Shown here: one piece after another, positions 60,989 through 62,417 of the stretch
How positions within the stretch are numbered: the stretch's first letter is position 1
Layout: each line of letters opens with the position of its first letter
Assembly: GCA_947442065.1 (NCBI GenBank)
Contig: CANEUY010000001.1
Location: forward strand, 1 to 62,417
DNA length: 62,417 nt
Direction of reading: 5' to 3'
Source: Verrucomicrobia subdivision 6 bacterium
GTDB lineage: Bacteria > Verrucomicrobiota > Verrucomicrobiia > Methylacidiphilales > Verrucolacustridaceae
Program-made: the position numbers and the translations under genes
Notes under the pieces: model-generated
Database searches by the model: none
What the model was told of the DNA's origin: nothing
Seen by the model: only the letters and a program-made list of their open reading frames with translations

Positions 60989-61020
60989 GGGATGAAGGGA
61001 TTAAGGGGTTCGGGGGTTAA
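60989..61020 (+). repeat. Degenerate 8-nt tandem repeat (4 copies)
   Basis: GGGATGAA GGGATTAA GGGGTTCG GGGGTTAA, with another GGGGTTAA at 60951. Confidence 0.6.
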
Positions 61021-61049
61021 GAGAAGTAAATAAAAAAATGATGAGGCTA

Positions 61050-62417
61050 TCAACGGTTTTTGGGTCGGAAGAGGAGGGAAGCATCTGGAAGTTTCATGAG
61101 CTTTGCCGCCAGGAAATAAGCGGCGGCTCCAAGAGTGATCAAGGCAAGGGTGCCGCTAATTCGGAGGATGAGCGCTCCTTCGAGCGGATGAATAAATATC
61201 CTGCCCCCCAGTAGTGCAGCGATCAGAACAAGGCAACACAGTAGTATCTTTCCCACTCCCTGCAGAAAGTGAGCTTCAAGAAAACTGCCGACATGCCGAT
61301 GTGAGGCCCAAGCGAGTTGCAGGATATTAAGTGTTGCGACGGAAGCAGTGGTCAAGGTGAGCCCTAGAATTCCGAGGTGGTACACCCGGATGAGCAGGTA
61401 GTTGAAGAACATATTCAGAAGGATTCCAGTCAGGCTTACGCGGAGCGGAATTTCTGGCCGATCGATGGCGGAAAATGCCGGAGTCACCACCTTCATGGTG
61501 GCATAGGAGACAAGACCCAGGGCGTATCCGCGCAGAGCCATGGCTGTTAAAGCAGTGCTTTCGGTCGTGAACCTGCCGTACTGATAAATGCAAGCGATGA
61601 TCGGTTCGGCCAAAAGAAAAAGTCCGATCGCCGCAGGGAGGGTCAAGAATAGAGTCTGACGTGTTCCCACAAGCAGTCGCTCGCGCAGGGCGAGGCAGTC
61701 CCCCATGGCGGCGTGCCGGGCCAAATGGGGAAGGGTCACGGTGGCCACAGCGACTCCGAAAAGTCCGATGGGAAGTTGGATTAATCGGAATGCATTATTC
61801 AGGCAGGTAACGGAACCGTTTTCAAGGTACGAGGCGAAGTACCCATTGATTAGGACGTTGACCTGGACGGCTGCGGCGCCGATGGAGGCTGGACCGAGGA
61901 GGCGGAGGACCTGTTTCAGGCCCGGATCGTTCCAGACGATGAGCCAGCGGGGTTTGTATCCAAGGGAGATGGCACGGGGAACCATGACGAGCCATTGGGC
62001 AAGGCCTCCCACCAAAACACCGATGGCGAAGCCATAAACCGATCGGTGGCCAAAGTGTGGATCGAGCCACCAAGCCAGAAGGAGGCCCACTCCGATCGAG
62101 ACAAAGTTGAAGACGGCGGAGGCGAAGGCGGGAAGTCCGAAGTGATGCAGGCTGTTGAGGAGTCCCATGTAGACGGCAGCCAGAGAGAGAAAGAGGATGA
62201 AGGGAAAGAGGATGCGGGTGAGTTCGACGGTGAGTTCGATTTTTCCAGGAACCTCATGGAATCCAGGATTAAAGAAGCGGACCAGCGGGTCGGCGAAAAG
62301 GATTCCGGCAGTGACGATGAGGAAGAGAACAATGAAGAGAAGTGTGTTCACGTTGCTGGCTAGGCGAAAAGCCGAGTCCTTGCCGTCTTTGGCCAGCTTT
62401 TGCGAGAAGGTGGTGAC
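61050..62417 (-). CDS. murJ: Lipid II flippase MurJ/MviN (5' end beyond the right edge)
   Basis: RILFPFILFLSLA, FRLIQLPIGLFGVAVATVTLP and YQYGRFT. The frame is open to the window edge. Confidence 0.94.
   Translation of the reverse strand, partial: VTTFSQKLAKDGKDSAFRLASNVNTLLFIVLFLIVTAGILFADPLVRFFNPGFHEVPGKIELTVELTRILFPFILFLSLAAVYMGLLNSLHHFGLPAFASAVFNFVSIGVGLLLAWWLDPHFGHRSVYGFAIGVLVGGLAQWLVMVPRAISLGYKPRWLIVWNDPGLKQVLRLLGPASIGAAAVQVNVLINGYFASYLENGSVTCLNNAFRLIQLPIGLFGVAVATVTLPHLARHAAMGDCLALRERLLVGTRQTLFLTLPAAIGLFLLAEPIIACIYQYGRFTTESTALTAMALRGYALGLVSYATMKVVTPAFSAIDRPEIPLRVSLTGILLNMFFNYLLIRVYHLGILGLTLTTASVATLNILQLAWASHRHVGSFLEAHFLQGVGKILLCCLVLIAALLGGRIFIHPLEGALILRISGTLALITLGAAAYFLAAKLMKLPDASLLFRPKNR

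Noticed and set aside
1-62417. CRISPR array, rRNA, prophage, defence or retroelement systems
   Set aside because: No spaced direct repeats, rRNA-like segments or signature genes were seen. Nearly all the space is taken by identifiable genes.

Overview
A gene-dense, GC-rich bacterial chromosomal segment made up mostly of housekeeping genes. I see no integrase, transposase, CRISPR array or rRNA. The tandem double-length UvrA, stand-alone CoaC and hopanoid genes suggest a PVC-group, probably Verrucomicrobia-like, host; this is inference only. Contents by function: DNA repair (double-length uvrA cut by the left edge, uvrB); carbon metabolism (glpX, ppdK, acs, glgP); scattered aromatic amino acid genes (aroK, aroC, aroE, trpC, trpB, pheA); translation (prfB with a programmed +1 frameshift, trpS, queG, rph, tRNA-Lys(UUU), tRNA-Arg(UCU)); a carotenoid-type trio (prenyl synthase, crtB, cruF-like); a hopanoid cluster (shc, hpnG-like, hpnC, fused hpnD-hpnE); scpAB; and envelope genes (lnt, prepilin peptidase, AsmA-like, murJ cut by the right edge). 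The most interesting candidates are: (i) a small protein built of 36-residue helical repeats that overlaps a GAF-GAF-PAS class III adenylate cyclase; (ii) an alternative sigma-70 factor translationally coupled to a catalytically degenerate APRT-fold protein; (iii) recurrent -10 hexamers 5-9 nt upstream of start codons, suggesting leaderless transcripts; (iv) the HpnD-HpnE fusion. All calls come from motif recognition by eye; no searches were run.
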